A stretch of 32,000 bases of DNA, from positions 150,001 through 182,000 of the forward strand of contig NC_010085.1 in the NCBI RefSeq assembly GCF_000018465.1. Reading direction: 5' to 3'. The translations under genes were made by a program, and so were the position numbers. Of this stretch, positions 16,329 through 23,771 are shown in pieces (position 1 is the first letter of the stretch; every line of letters begins with the position of its first letter). The notes under the pieces were generated by a model. That model was not told the DNA's origin and ran no database searches. It was given only the letters and a program-made list of their open reading frames with translations. Source of the stretch: Nitrosopumilus maritimus SCM1. Lineage in GTDB: Archaea; Thermoproteota; Nitrososphaeria; Nitrososphaerales; Nitrosopumilaceae.

Positions 16329-16760
16329 ATGGGTGGACATTCTAACTGGCCTGAATGGATTTACGTTGGTGTTGTAATTGCTATCATGTGTTGGGTTGGT
16401 GCTGAAGCTTGGGAAGCAGAAAGACTAGTTGAGCATGTCCCTGAAGGTGCTGAAATTATCAAAGTAACCGGACAACAATGGTTCTGGACTTTTGAACATG
16501 AAGATGGTACTAAAGAAATTGGTGAATTACATGTTGAAAAAGGCAAAGCCTACAAATTTGAAATTCATTCAACTGATGTAAATCACTCTTTTAACATTCA
16601 CGATTATGTTGTTTTAATGGATGCAATTCCTGGTAGAGTTAACACTGTATGGTTTGCACCAACTGATGTTGGAGAACATGATATTCAATGTAGAGAATAT
16701 TGTGGATTAATTCACTATAACATGCGTGGAACGTTAATTGTGGAGGAACCACACTCTTGA
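16329..16760 (+). CDS. coxB: heme-copper oxidase subunit II (single TM helix + CuA cupredoxin domain)
   Basis: Complete CuA site: HSFNIHD ... CREYCGLIHYNM (CxExCGxxHxxM). QQWFWTFE is the aromatic entry motif. One N-terminal TM helix (WIYVGVVIAIMCWVGA). Confidence 0.85.
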   Translation: MGGHSNWPEWIYVGVVIAIMCWVGAEAWEAERLVEHVPEGAEIIKVTGQQWFWTFEHEDGTKEIGELHVEKGKAYKFEIHSTDVNHSFNIHDYVVLMDAIPGRVNTVWFAPTDVGEHDIQCREYCGLIHYNMRGTLIVEEPHS

Positions 16761-16797
16761 TAACGCTTTTATCCGAATCACTGGAGGGAATTAACTA

Positions 16798-18324
16798 ATG
16801 GTTCTGGAATTACAAAAACCACGTCCAATTTGGCAAATAATGTTCTCAACACATCACACTGATGTTGGTTTACTTTATCTTATCATGTCACTAGGATTCT
16901 TGTTCTTGGGTGGTGCGTTAGCACTTGCAATTAGAGCTGAATTATTCTTGCCAGGTGCACAAATCATTGGTGATGCAATGACCTTTAACAGAATCTTTAC
17001 AGTTCACGGAACTACTCTTATCTTCTTGTTTATCATACCATTTGCATCTGCTGTTGGTAACTACTTTGTTCCAATTATGGTCAGATACAAAGACATGGCT
17101 TATCCAAAACTCAATGCAATTGCATTTTGGATGATTCCTCCATCAGGAGCACTCATCTGGTTAGGCTTTGCAGACTTTACTTGGTATGCAACTCCTCCAT
17201 ATTCTATTATCAGTGCTCCAGGTCCAGCAGCAGACATGTGGATCTTTGGACTAAAGATTTTAGGTGTATCTTCAGTTCTTGGTGCAATCAACTTTGTCGT
17301 TACAATTCTCAAATGTAAACACCCAGACATGTCAATTGGTCAAGTACCGCTATTGGCTTGGTCCTTCTTGTCATCATCATTAATCATCCTTGTTGCAATT
17401 CCAACATTTGCAGCAGCACTGTTGATGTTGTTAACTGACAGACTCGGTGTAACTGGATTCTTTAATCCCGCAATGGGAGGAGATCCAATTGCATATGCAC
17501 ACTTGTTCTGGTTTACATTCCATCCAGAAGTATACGTTCTTGTCATTCCAGCTATTGGTATGATGTATGAAATTATTCCAAGATTCTCAAGAAAACCAAT
17601 TTACAGTTTCAACTCTGGTATCTTTGCCTTTGTACTATTATCTATTGTTGGTTTCTCATCATGGGCTCACCACATGTATGCAACTGGAATGTCCTTTACA
17701 GAAAAGACTGTATTCATGGTAGGAACTCTTGCAGCAGTTCCAGCATCTGCAATGCACGTCTATAACTTCATTGCAACAATGTGGAATGGTAGAATCAAGT
17801 TCTCAACTCCAATGATGTGGGCTGTTGGCGGAATTGCATTATTCTTCTCAGCAGGTGCAGGTGGTGTAGCAAATGCTGCAATGCCATTAGACTTTACAAC
17901 TCACGATACTTACTGGGTAGTTGGACACTTCCATCTCTTTGTGATGGGAACTATTGCATTTGGTTCAATCGGATTCCTTTACTACATGTACCCATATGTT
18001 ACAGGCAGAATGTACAATGAAGCCATGGGTAAGATTCACTTCTTCTTATCATTTATAGGAACAATTTTGGTATTCTTTACTCAACACGTACTTGGATTAT
18101 ATGGAATGCCAAGAAGAATATTTGATTATCCACCAATCCCAGAATGGATTGCAATGAACCAAATTGCATCAATTGGTGCAATGGTAATTGGTGTCAGTAT
18201 GGTTGTCTTTTTGGTTAACATGGTTTACAGCGCTGGAAAAGGAGAACCTGCAAACCCAGAGGATCCATTTGGTGTTGGAGGCAAATACTATTATCCGTTC
18301 GAGTCAAAGAACCCATCACATTAG
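16798..18324 (+). CDS. coxA: heme-copper oxidase subunit I
   Basis: WFTFHPEVYVLVIP (CuB His + Glu + cross-link Tyr), SWAHHMY (CuB His pair) and VVGHFHLFVMG (heme ligands), with 12 or more hydrophobic helices. GGAGG at 16783-16787 lies 10 nt before the ATG. Confidence 0.92.
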   Translation: MVLELQKPRPIWQIMFSTHHTDVGLLYLIMSLGFLFLGGALALAIRAELFLPGAQIIGDAMTFNRIFTVHGTTLIFLFIIPFASAVGNYFVPIMVRYKDMAYPKLNAIAFWMIPPSGALIWLGFADFTWYATPPYSIISAPGPAADMWIFGLKILGVSSVLGAINFVVTILKCKHPDMSIGQVPLLAWSFLSSSLIILVAIPTFAAALLMLLTDRLGVTGFFNPAMGGDPIAYAHLFWFTFHPEVYVLVIPAIGMMYEIIPRFSRKPIYSFNSGIFAFVLLSIVGFSSWAHHMYATGMSFTEKTVFMVGTLAAVPASAMHVYNFIATMWNGRIKFSTPMMWAVGGIALFFSAGAGGVANAAMPLDFTTHDTYWVVGHFHLFVMGTIAFGSIGFLYYMYPYVTGRMYNEAMGKIHFFLSFIGTILVFFTQHVLGLYGMPRRIFDYPPIPEWIAMNQIASIGAMVIGVSMVVFLVNMVYSAGKGEPANPEDPFGVGGKYYYPFESKNPSH

Positions 18325-18336
18325 GAGATTAATGAA

Positions 18337-19284
18337 ATGACTGAAAATCAATACTATCTAACAACCCCTGCAAGAACAGGAAAAATGATGGCAATTATGC
18401 TAGGTATTTGTATTGTAGGTGGAGCAATCTTCTTTTCACTTTGGGATTATTGGATTTCAGAACCTGCCCCAGTTGTTGCAATGATGGGAGGTGATTCTAC
18501 ACCAACTGCAGTTGCAGTTCACACTGGTGCAACCATTACATCTGATCTTTCATTTATCGAATCTTCTGACTTTATCACTTTAGCATTTAATGCATTACCT
18601 GGTGAACCTGGTAACAACCCAACAATCAACATGGAAGTTGGTGACAAAGTAATCTTTAACGTAGTAAATGATGGTGTATCATTCCACTCCTTTGGTGTTA
18701 CAGCAGACACTGAGGGCTTTGGAGGAATTTTCCCAGGAAGTGAAGTTGCAAGTCCAGCAAATCCTCTAAAATCAGGTGAAGGTGGAACTTCAGAATTTAT
18801 CGCAGGTGAAGAAGGCGTATTCTATTACATTTGTACAGTTCCTGGTCACAGAGAACAAGGAATGGTTGGAAAAATCATTGTAGGTGACGCCGAGGTTCCA
18901 GAAGAAGTTGTTGAAGCCGTACCAGAACCAATGGCAACTGAACCAGCCGAAGAAAAGGCTCCTGTTTCAACTGAACCAGTTGCATATGATGGTCCAATAT
19001 CCCTCCCAGAAGGCTCTGGAGTTCCTGGATGTCAGGAAACAAATGAATGCTATATCCCATATCATGTAACAGCACCAGCAGGAACCGAGATTGTTTGGTC
19101 AAATGATGACACTGCTGCTCATACTGTTACAAGCGGTTCTCCTGCAGATGGTCCTGATGGAATATTTGACAGTAGTATACTTGCTGGAGGTTTAACATTC
19201 TCTGTAACCCTTGATGAACCAGGTGAATATCCTTACTATTGTATAGTTCATCCTTGGATGGTTGGCAACATCACAATAGAATAG
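18337..19284 (+). CDS. membrane-anchored blue (type 1) copper protein with two plastocyanin-like cupredoxin domains
   Basis: N-terminal TM helix (MMAIMLGICIVGGAIFFSLW). Domain 1 ligands: FHSFGV ... CTVPGHREQGM. Domain 2 ligands: AAHTVTSG ... YYCIVHPWM. An acidic Pro/Glu linker (PEEVVEAVPEPMATEPAEEKAPVSTEP) joins them. AGGAG at 18323-18327 precedes the ATG. Confidence 0.9.
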   Translation: MTENQYYLTTPARTGKMMAIMLGICIVGGAIFFSLWDYWISEPAPVVAMMGGDSTPTAVAVHTGATITSDLSFIESSDFITLAFNALPGEPGNNPTINMEVGDKVIFNVVNDGVSFHSFGVTADTEGFGGIFPGSEVASPANPLKSGEGGTSEFIAGEEGVFYYICTVPGHREQGMVGKIIVGDAEVPEEVVEAVPEPMATEPAEEKAPVSTEPVAYDGPISLPEGSGVPGCQETNECYIPYHVTAPAGTEIVWSNDDTAAHTVTSGSPADGPDGIFDSSILAGGLTFSVTLDEPGEYPYYCIVHPWMVGNITIE

Positions 19285-19291
19285 AAAAATT

Positions 19292-19735
19292 TTGGCTATC
19301 CAATATCTTGCTCTAGCAACAATGATTGTATTGTATTCACTTATGTTCTTAGGTGGATATATTTCAGCAGCTGGATTGGGACTAACTTGTCCTGAATGGC
19401 CATTATGTCCAAATGGTGTAATGCCATCTGAAGAATATCTTATTGAATGGATTCATAGATTGGCAGCTGCTACTACAGGTGTTTTGGTTATTGCAACTAT
19501 GGTTGCAAGCTTTCTCAACAAAAGAGCTGATACAAAAATTAAAGTTACAAGTACACTTGCAACAGTATTTGTTATTACCCAAATTACACTTGGTGCACTA
19601 GTAATTGACACAAAACTTCATGCGGTTCTAGTTGCAATTCACTTGGGAATTGGAATATTGTTATTCTCAATGGTATTGTTAACTGCCTTGTTTGCCTTTA
19701 GAATTTCACGAGAATCCCAAGAGATCAAAGTCTAG
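19292..19735 (+). CDS. ctaA: compact (4-TM) heme A synthase-like protein (CtaA/COX15 family, half-size archaeal type)
   Basis: GLGLTCPEWPLCPNG...LIEWIHRLAA closely parallels the CtaA N-terminal Cys pair and EWxHR motif. There are four predicted helices and a second His in helix 4 (LVAIHLGIG). The TTG start at 19292 is uncertain; Met11 is possible. Confidence 0.6.
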   Translation: MAIQYLALATMIVLYSLMFLGGYISAAGLGLTCPEWPLCPNGVMPSEEYLIEWIHRLAAATTGVLVIATMVASFLNKRADTKIKVTSTLATVFVITQITLGALVIDTKLHAVLVAIHLGIGILLFSMVLLTALFAFRISRESQEIKV

Positions 19736-20249
19736 ATTTTTTGAAAATTTTTGGCATATAGATGTACAAGAATACTCCTGTCATCGATAGTGCTCCTATA
19801 GTAATTGCAATGATGAAAATCTGCCCAAACGGACTCTGAGTACCCATGTTAAACTTGAAGGAAAGTGGTTCGGGATTATTTGGCATATCGTACAAGTATA
19901 CATCTACAATATGATTTCCTGAATTTCTCCATACATAATCAAAGTCCCAATGGGATCCCTCTACTGATGTAGGTTGTATGGCATCCACTTGTTTTCCATT
20001 ATAGAATATTTTCATTCCCATTGTGAATCTATCAACATCTTCATAATCAAATCCTTCAGTCACTTTTACCAAAAATTGAGATGGCTCTCCGATCTGTGGA
20101 AATTCTGGGGCAGTTGCGACTTGGACTCTGTATCCTCCATTAGACTGCTCTGCAGAATTGAACATGGAGTGGGCAAATGCATCACCTAGTCCTGGAATTG
20201 AAAAAAGTATCAAAAAAGATAGGATCAAAACTGATCGCTTTTTTGCCAT
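19725..20249 (-). CDS. exported protein with signal peptide (AFA-H), beta-rich domain and C-terminal TM anchor; unknown function, candidate metallochaperone
   Basis: MAKKRSVLILSFLILFSIPGLGDAFA|HSMF signal peptide, C-terminal helix IFIIAITIGALSMTGVFLYIY followed by KKSR. Its 3' end overlaps the ctaA-like gene by 11 nt. Confidence 0.6.
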   Translation of the reverse strand: MAKKRSVLILSFLILFSIPGLGDAFAHSMFNSAEQSNGGYRVQVATAPEFPQIGEPSQFLVKVTEGFDYEDVDRFTMGMKIFYNGKQVDAIQPTSVEGSHWDFDYVWRNSGNHIVDVYLYDMPNNPEPLSFKFNMGTQSPFGQIFIIAITIGALSMTGVFLYIYMPKIFKKSRL

Positions 20250-20314
20250 ATGGAATAATATTGGAATTAGACGAATATATTGTAACTAGATTCCCTTCGG
20301 AAATCTTCAAAACC

Positions 20315-20321
20315 TTTAAAT
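20315..20321 (+). promoter_or_regulatory. TATA box (TTTAAAT) for the SRPBCC gene
   Basis: AAAACCTTTAAATCC lies 31 nt (TATA start) upstream of TTG 20346, implying a leaderless transcript. Confidence 0.4.
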
Positions 20322-20345
20322 CCTTATTGGCAAGACATTGAATCG

Positions 20346-20942
20346 TTGACCCTCGTAACAAAATCAATCGATATTAAGACACCTGTTGAGAATGTCTTTA
20401 CCTACTTTGCAAGACCAGAACATGTTTCTGATCAAATCAAAACTGATGCAGTAGGTATGACAGTAGTTCCTATGGATATTAAGGAAGGAATGGGTGTAGG
20501 TACAACCTTTAGAATTATCGGTGACTTTAGCGGTAAACGTTTAGAGTGGGATTGTGAGACAACCGAATTTGTTAGAAATGAGAAAATTACTGCAAAACAA
20601 ATTGAAGGTCCATTCAAGAAATGGCAAATCACTAATGAGTTCAAATCATTAGGAAATAACCTCACAAGAGTTACAATGTCAGTAGATTATGAAATGCCAT
20701 TTGGTCCACTAGGAGCAATTATGGATAAAGCAAAGTTTGCAAAATCTGCTGAGAGAGGAATGGAAACTGCCCTTTACAACGTTAGAGGTTTGTTAGAAGG
20801 AAATGGTTCAATTCCAGTATACATCACACTCGAAGCATACCAAAAACTTCTTGCCGAAAAGAAAAAGATGAATGATGTTCCAGTTTCAACTGCACTAACT
20901 GCAATCATTGAAAAATACAATGAAATTGAAGCTAAAGCATAA
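20346..20942 (+). CDS. SRPBCC (START/Bet v1-like) ligand-binding protein with a C-terminal ribbon-helix-helix-like tail
   Basis: SIDIKTPVENVFTYFARPEHVSD...WQITNEFKSLGNNLTRVTMSVDYEMPFG is the SRPBCC pattern. The last ~45 aa (IPVYITLEAYQKLLAEKKKMNDVPVSTALTAIIEKY) fit a beta-alpha-alpha RHH pattern. The RHH part is inference. Confidence 0.65.
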   Translation: MTLVTKSIDIKTPVENVFTYFARPEHVSDQIKTDAVGMTVVPMDIKEGMGVGTTFRIIGDFSGKRLEWDCETTEFVRNEKITAKQIEGPFKKWQITNEFKSLGNNLTRVTMSVDYEMPFGPLGAIMDKAKFAKSAERGMETALYNVRGLLEGNGSIPVYITLEAYQKLLAEKKKMNDVPVSTALTAIIEKYNEIEAKA

Positions 20943-21007
20943 AACATAATTTTCCTTTATTTTCCAAACTTAAGATTAATAACAACTCTAGGCATACCAT
21001 TTTTGGT

Positions 21008-21081
21008 GGGTCTATGGCGCAGCCAGGTAGCGCACAGGACTCTTAATCCTGCTGTCGTGGGTTCGAATCCCTCTAGACCCG
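21008..21081 (+). tRNA. tRNA-Lys (anticodon CTT)
   Basis: GGGTCTA TG GCGC AGCCAGGTA GCGC A CAGGA CTCTTAA TCCTG CTGTC GTGGG TTCGAAT CCCTC TAGACCC G. Canonical cloverleaf with a TTCGAAT T-loop and one T50-T64 mismatch. Confidence 0.9.
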
Positions 21082-21094
21082 CTATTATCAGTTG

Positions 21095-21116
21095 TTTTTT
21101 CAGAAGTATATTTTTT
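21095..21116 (+). terminator. oligo-T tracts downstream of tRNA-Lys (archaeal-type terminator)
   Basis: T6 at 21095-21100 and T6 at 21111-21116, beginning 14 nt after the tRNA 3' end. Confidence 0.35.
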
Positions 21117-21178
21117 CTAAATGTAGTTACAAAAATCTTCTTATACATTTGGAATACTTTTAGTTCAAGTGTTAAAGT

Positions 21179-22975
21179 ATGAATGAAAATTCTACCCTTA
21201 CAGAAAATGTGTTCTTTAAACAAAGTCATATTTTGCTCATGTTAATCTTAACGTTAGTATTTTTTACTGGACTATACCAACTAAGACCTTTTTTAGATGA
21301 TTCTCAATTTTCATGGATAACTATCCCTACCTACACTATTCTTCCTGCATTACTTTCAGGATATGCTTTTGTCTTAGCAATTCGATTATACAAACAACAA
21401 AATTTTCAAGCAAAAGCTTTTCTCGTGTTTGCAATTGGTTCTCTTTCTTGGTTTATAGCTGAACTGATTTGGTTAATGTACGAACAAGTTTGGATGAGGG
21501 ATCCATTTCCATCCGAAGCTGATATTTTTTATATTGCAGCCTATCCACTCATAACTTTATTTTTATTCATTTTACTAAAACCTATTTTTAAATCAATCAG
21601 CAAAAATGCTTGGTTATTTTCGATAGCTTTGTCTTTTTCTTTATTCATACCTTCTATCTTGGTTGCATATGATGATATTCAAGGGGATGAAGTGTTTGCA
21701 GTTTCAATTGCACTTGCATATCCTGCAATGTCTTCTGTCCAATTGGTTCCGGCACTTCTTGGTCTCTTTTACCTTGGTAAAAAGGCTGCAAATTTTTCGT
21801 GGATATTGTTTTTATTTGGAATTATTGTTTATAGCATATCCGACACATTCTTTCTATTTGCAGAATTAGATGGCTCATATTATGATGGTCATCCTGTCGA
21901 TTTACTCTATGTCTATAGTTATGTTTTATTGATTTTTGCACTTCTCGTTCGTTGGAAATTTGCGAATCAACCAACTGAAAAAAATCAAGAGATGTTTTTT
22001 TCTGAACATGTAAAATTTGAAACCATTACAAAATTTGGCATTCCTTTAACCTTGGCAATTATCGCAATGGTGATTTTCATCATTATGATTCAGGCAATTT
22101 TTATTCAATCTAATGAACAAATTTCACTATTCAATATTGTAATTGGAATTGTTGGCATGTTGAGTGTTTTTACCGCCATGATAGTAATTTTGAATAAAAA
22201 TCTCACAAAACTTGTACATATACGTACTGAAGAACTTGAAGAACAAAAAAGTAATTTAGAAAATCTTGTTGAAGAAAAAACACAGGAAATACTAAAACAA
22301 GAACGTCTTTCTGCAATCGGTGAATTATCTGGACGTCTTGCACATGATCTTAGAAATCCATTATCTATAATGAAATTGTCTGTGGAATTGTTAAAAAAAC
22401 AACCATCCGATAGAACTTTTTCTGATGCAGATGTACAAAAACGCCTTGACTTAATTGATAAAAGCATAACTAGAATTTCTCACCAAGTTGATGATGTCTT
22501 AGGATATGTTAGAAATTCTCCTCTAAGATTAGCAAACTCTTCAGTTCATGAACTTTTAAAAACTTCTATAGAAAAAATTAACGTTCCATCTAATGTAAAA
22601 ATCATCATCTCTGAAAAGGATGTGAACATCAATTGTGATCCTGTAAAAATTGATGCTGTCTTTATTAATTTCCTAATTAATTCAATTCAAGCACTGTCTG
22701 ATAACGGTGGTAAAATTACTATAGACATAAGTGAAACCGATGACAAAGTAAAATTAGAATTCTCTGATTCTGGTCCTGGAATTCCAGAAGATATTATTGA
22801 TAATGTCTTTGAACCTCTTTTTACCACTAAGCAGAAGGGTACTGGTTTAGGTTTGGCAAGTTGTAAAAATATTGTTGAACTGCATCAAGGAACTATTTCT
22901 GTCAAGAATAATCCTACAACATTTACTATAGAAATGCCAAAGTTGTTGTCTCAAGATAATAAAATTGAAACTTAA
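21179..22975 (+). CDS. sensor histidine kinase with a large polytopic membrane N-terminal domain
   Basis: About 330 aa with roughly 9-10 hydrophobic helices, then a coiled-coil (EELEEQKSNLENLVEEKTQEILKQ), the H-box GRLAHDLRNPLS, and HATPase_c blocks (INSIQA, DSGPGIP, GTGLGLASCKNIVELHQG). Confidence 0.88.
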   Translation: MNENSTLTENVFFKQSHILLMLILTLVFFTGLYQLRPFLDDSQFSWITIPTYTILPALLSGYAFVLAIRLYKQQNFQAKAFLVFAIGSLSWFIAELIWLMYEQVWMRDPFPSEADIFYIAAYPLITLFLFILLKPIFKSISKNAWLFSIALSFSLFIPSILVAYDDIQGDEVFAVSIALAYPAMSSVQLVPALLGLFYLGKKAANFSWILFLFGIIVYSISDTFFLFAELDGSYYDGHPVDLLYVYSYVLLIFALLVRWKFANQPTEKNQEMFFSEHVKFETITKFGIPLTLAIIAMVIFIIMIQAIFIQSNEQISLFNIVIGIVGMLSVFTAMIVILNKNLTKLVHIRTEELEEQKSNLENLVEEKTQEILKQERLSAIGELSGRLAHDLRNPLSIMKLSVELLKKQPSDRTFSDADVQKRLDLIDKSITRISHQVDDVLGYVRNSPLRLANSSVHELLKTSIEKINVPSNVKIIISEKDVNINCDPVKIDAVFINFLINSIQALSDNGGKITIDISETDDKVKLEFSDSGPGIPEDIIDNVFEPLFTTKQKGTGLGLASCKNIVELHQGTISVKNNPTTFTIEMPKLLSQDNKIET

Positions 22976-23530
22976 TTAGATCTTTTTTAGTAGCACAAAT
23001 CGTTTTTTCTCAGGTTCAATATCCTCATGCATATCCACATCACTCACAATTCTTACTTTGTAATTCATCCACCGTTTGACCATATTGCGAGATGTTTGAT
23101 TCTCATCAATTTTTTCTTCTATGTTGCTATATTTCTCACAATTCATGACATATTTTCCTGCCACTCTATACATCTCTGAAATCCCTTTTTCTAGTATATC
23201 TTCATCTAAATAATTCAATAACCCATGAGTAAAAACAAAATCTATTGATGAATCTTCAAATGGTAAATCTGTAATGCTTCCTTTTTTAAAATTAGCAACT
23301 GGGAATTTTTCTTTTGCCATGTCTAATGCATATTCATTTAGATCAACTCCATGAATTTGAAATGTATCTGGAAATAATCTTAAATCAATTCCAGTCCCAC
23401 ATCCAATTTCTAAAACACTTGTACATCGTAACGATATTGCAAGATCTTTTGTAAATTTTGCAAATTCTTCATTATACCTTGATTCATTCTCATCTGCATA
23501 TTTTCTCCAAAAACTTTCATCATAATTCAT
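22976..23530 (-). CDS. class I SAM-dependent methyltransferase
   Basis: Motif I VLEIGCGTGIDL, plus post-I HGVDLN and later FVFTHGLLNYL. I prefer ATG 23530 (MNYDESFW...) over the track's TTG at 23575, which would overlap the upstream small gene. Confidence 0.8.
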   Translation of the reverse strand: MNYDESFWRKYADENESRYNEEFAKFTKDLAISLRCTSVLEIGCGTGIDLRLFPDTFQIHGVDLNEYALDMAKEKFPVANFKKGSITDLPFEDSSIDFVFTHGLLNYLDEDILEKGISEMYRVAGKYVMNCEKYSNIEEKIDENQTSRNMVKRWMNYKVRIVSDVDMHEDIEPEKKRFVLLKKI

Positions 23531-23568
23531 GGATTTTTTTGAGATATAGCTGTATTTGATACTAATTG

Positions 23569-23730
23569 TTAGCAATTACATTTGCATGGAATGAGTTTTG
23601 TATCAAACGTACAGTCATGAGGACCATCTGATTTTCCTTGAGTGGGAATTTCCTTCATGCAATCTTCATGACGACCTTTTCTGCAAAACCAACAAATTTC
23701 TTGTGTGTCTCCGGTTGCACATGAATCCAT
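23569..23730 (-). CDS. Cys-rich mini-protein (53 aa from ATG 23730), probable zinc-binding
   Basis: MDSCATGDTQEICWFCRKGRHEDCMKEIPTQGKSDGPHDCTFDTKLIPCKCNC has 8 Cys and 2 His, including CxxC and a CKCNC terminus. The track's TTG start (23790) would overlap the ilvE 3' end, so the ATG is preferred. Confidence 0.5.
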   Translation of the reverse strand: MDSCATGDTQEICWFCRKGRHEDCMKEIPTQGKSDGPHDCTFDTKLIPCKCNC

Positions 23731-23771
23731 AATCTCTATGTATTTTTGTGGGTAAAAAACCTCTTGGAATT

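Noticed and set aside
16066-16760. Calling the subunit II region a pseudogene (frameshifted coxB)
   Set aside because: The downstream ORF has its own ATG and an intact CuA site. Single-helix subunit II proteins with separate small helices are known (ba3-type). I therefore kept two genes and flagged fission versus indel as an open question rather than calling a pseudogene.
20182-20367. 61-aa minus-strand ORF across the 20250-20345 divergent promoter region
   Set aside because: It overlaps the 5' ends of both flanking genes and their TATA-like elements, and it has no motif. It is probably spurious.
20957-21229. 90-aa minus-strand ORF
   Set aside because: It is the antisense translation of tRNA-Lys (GLEGFEPTTAGLRV corresponds to the tRNA body) plus AT-rich spacer. 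It is not a gene.
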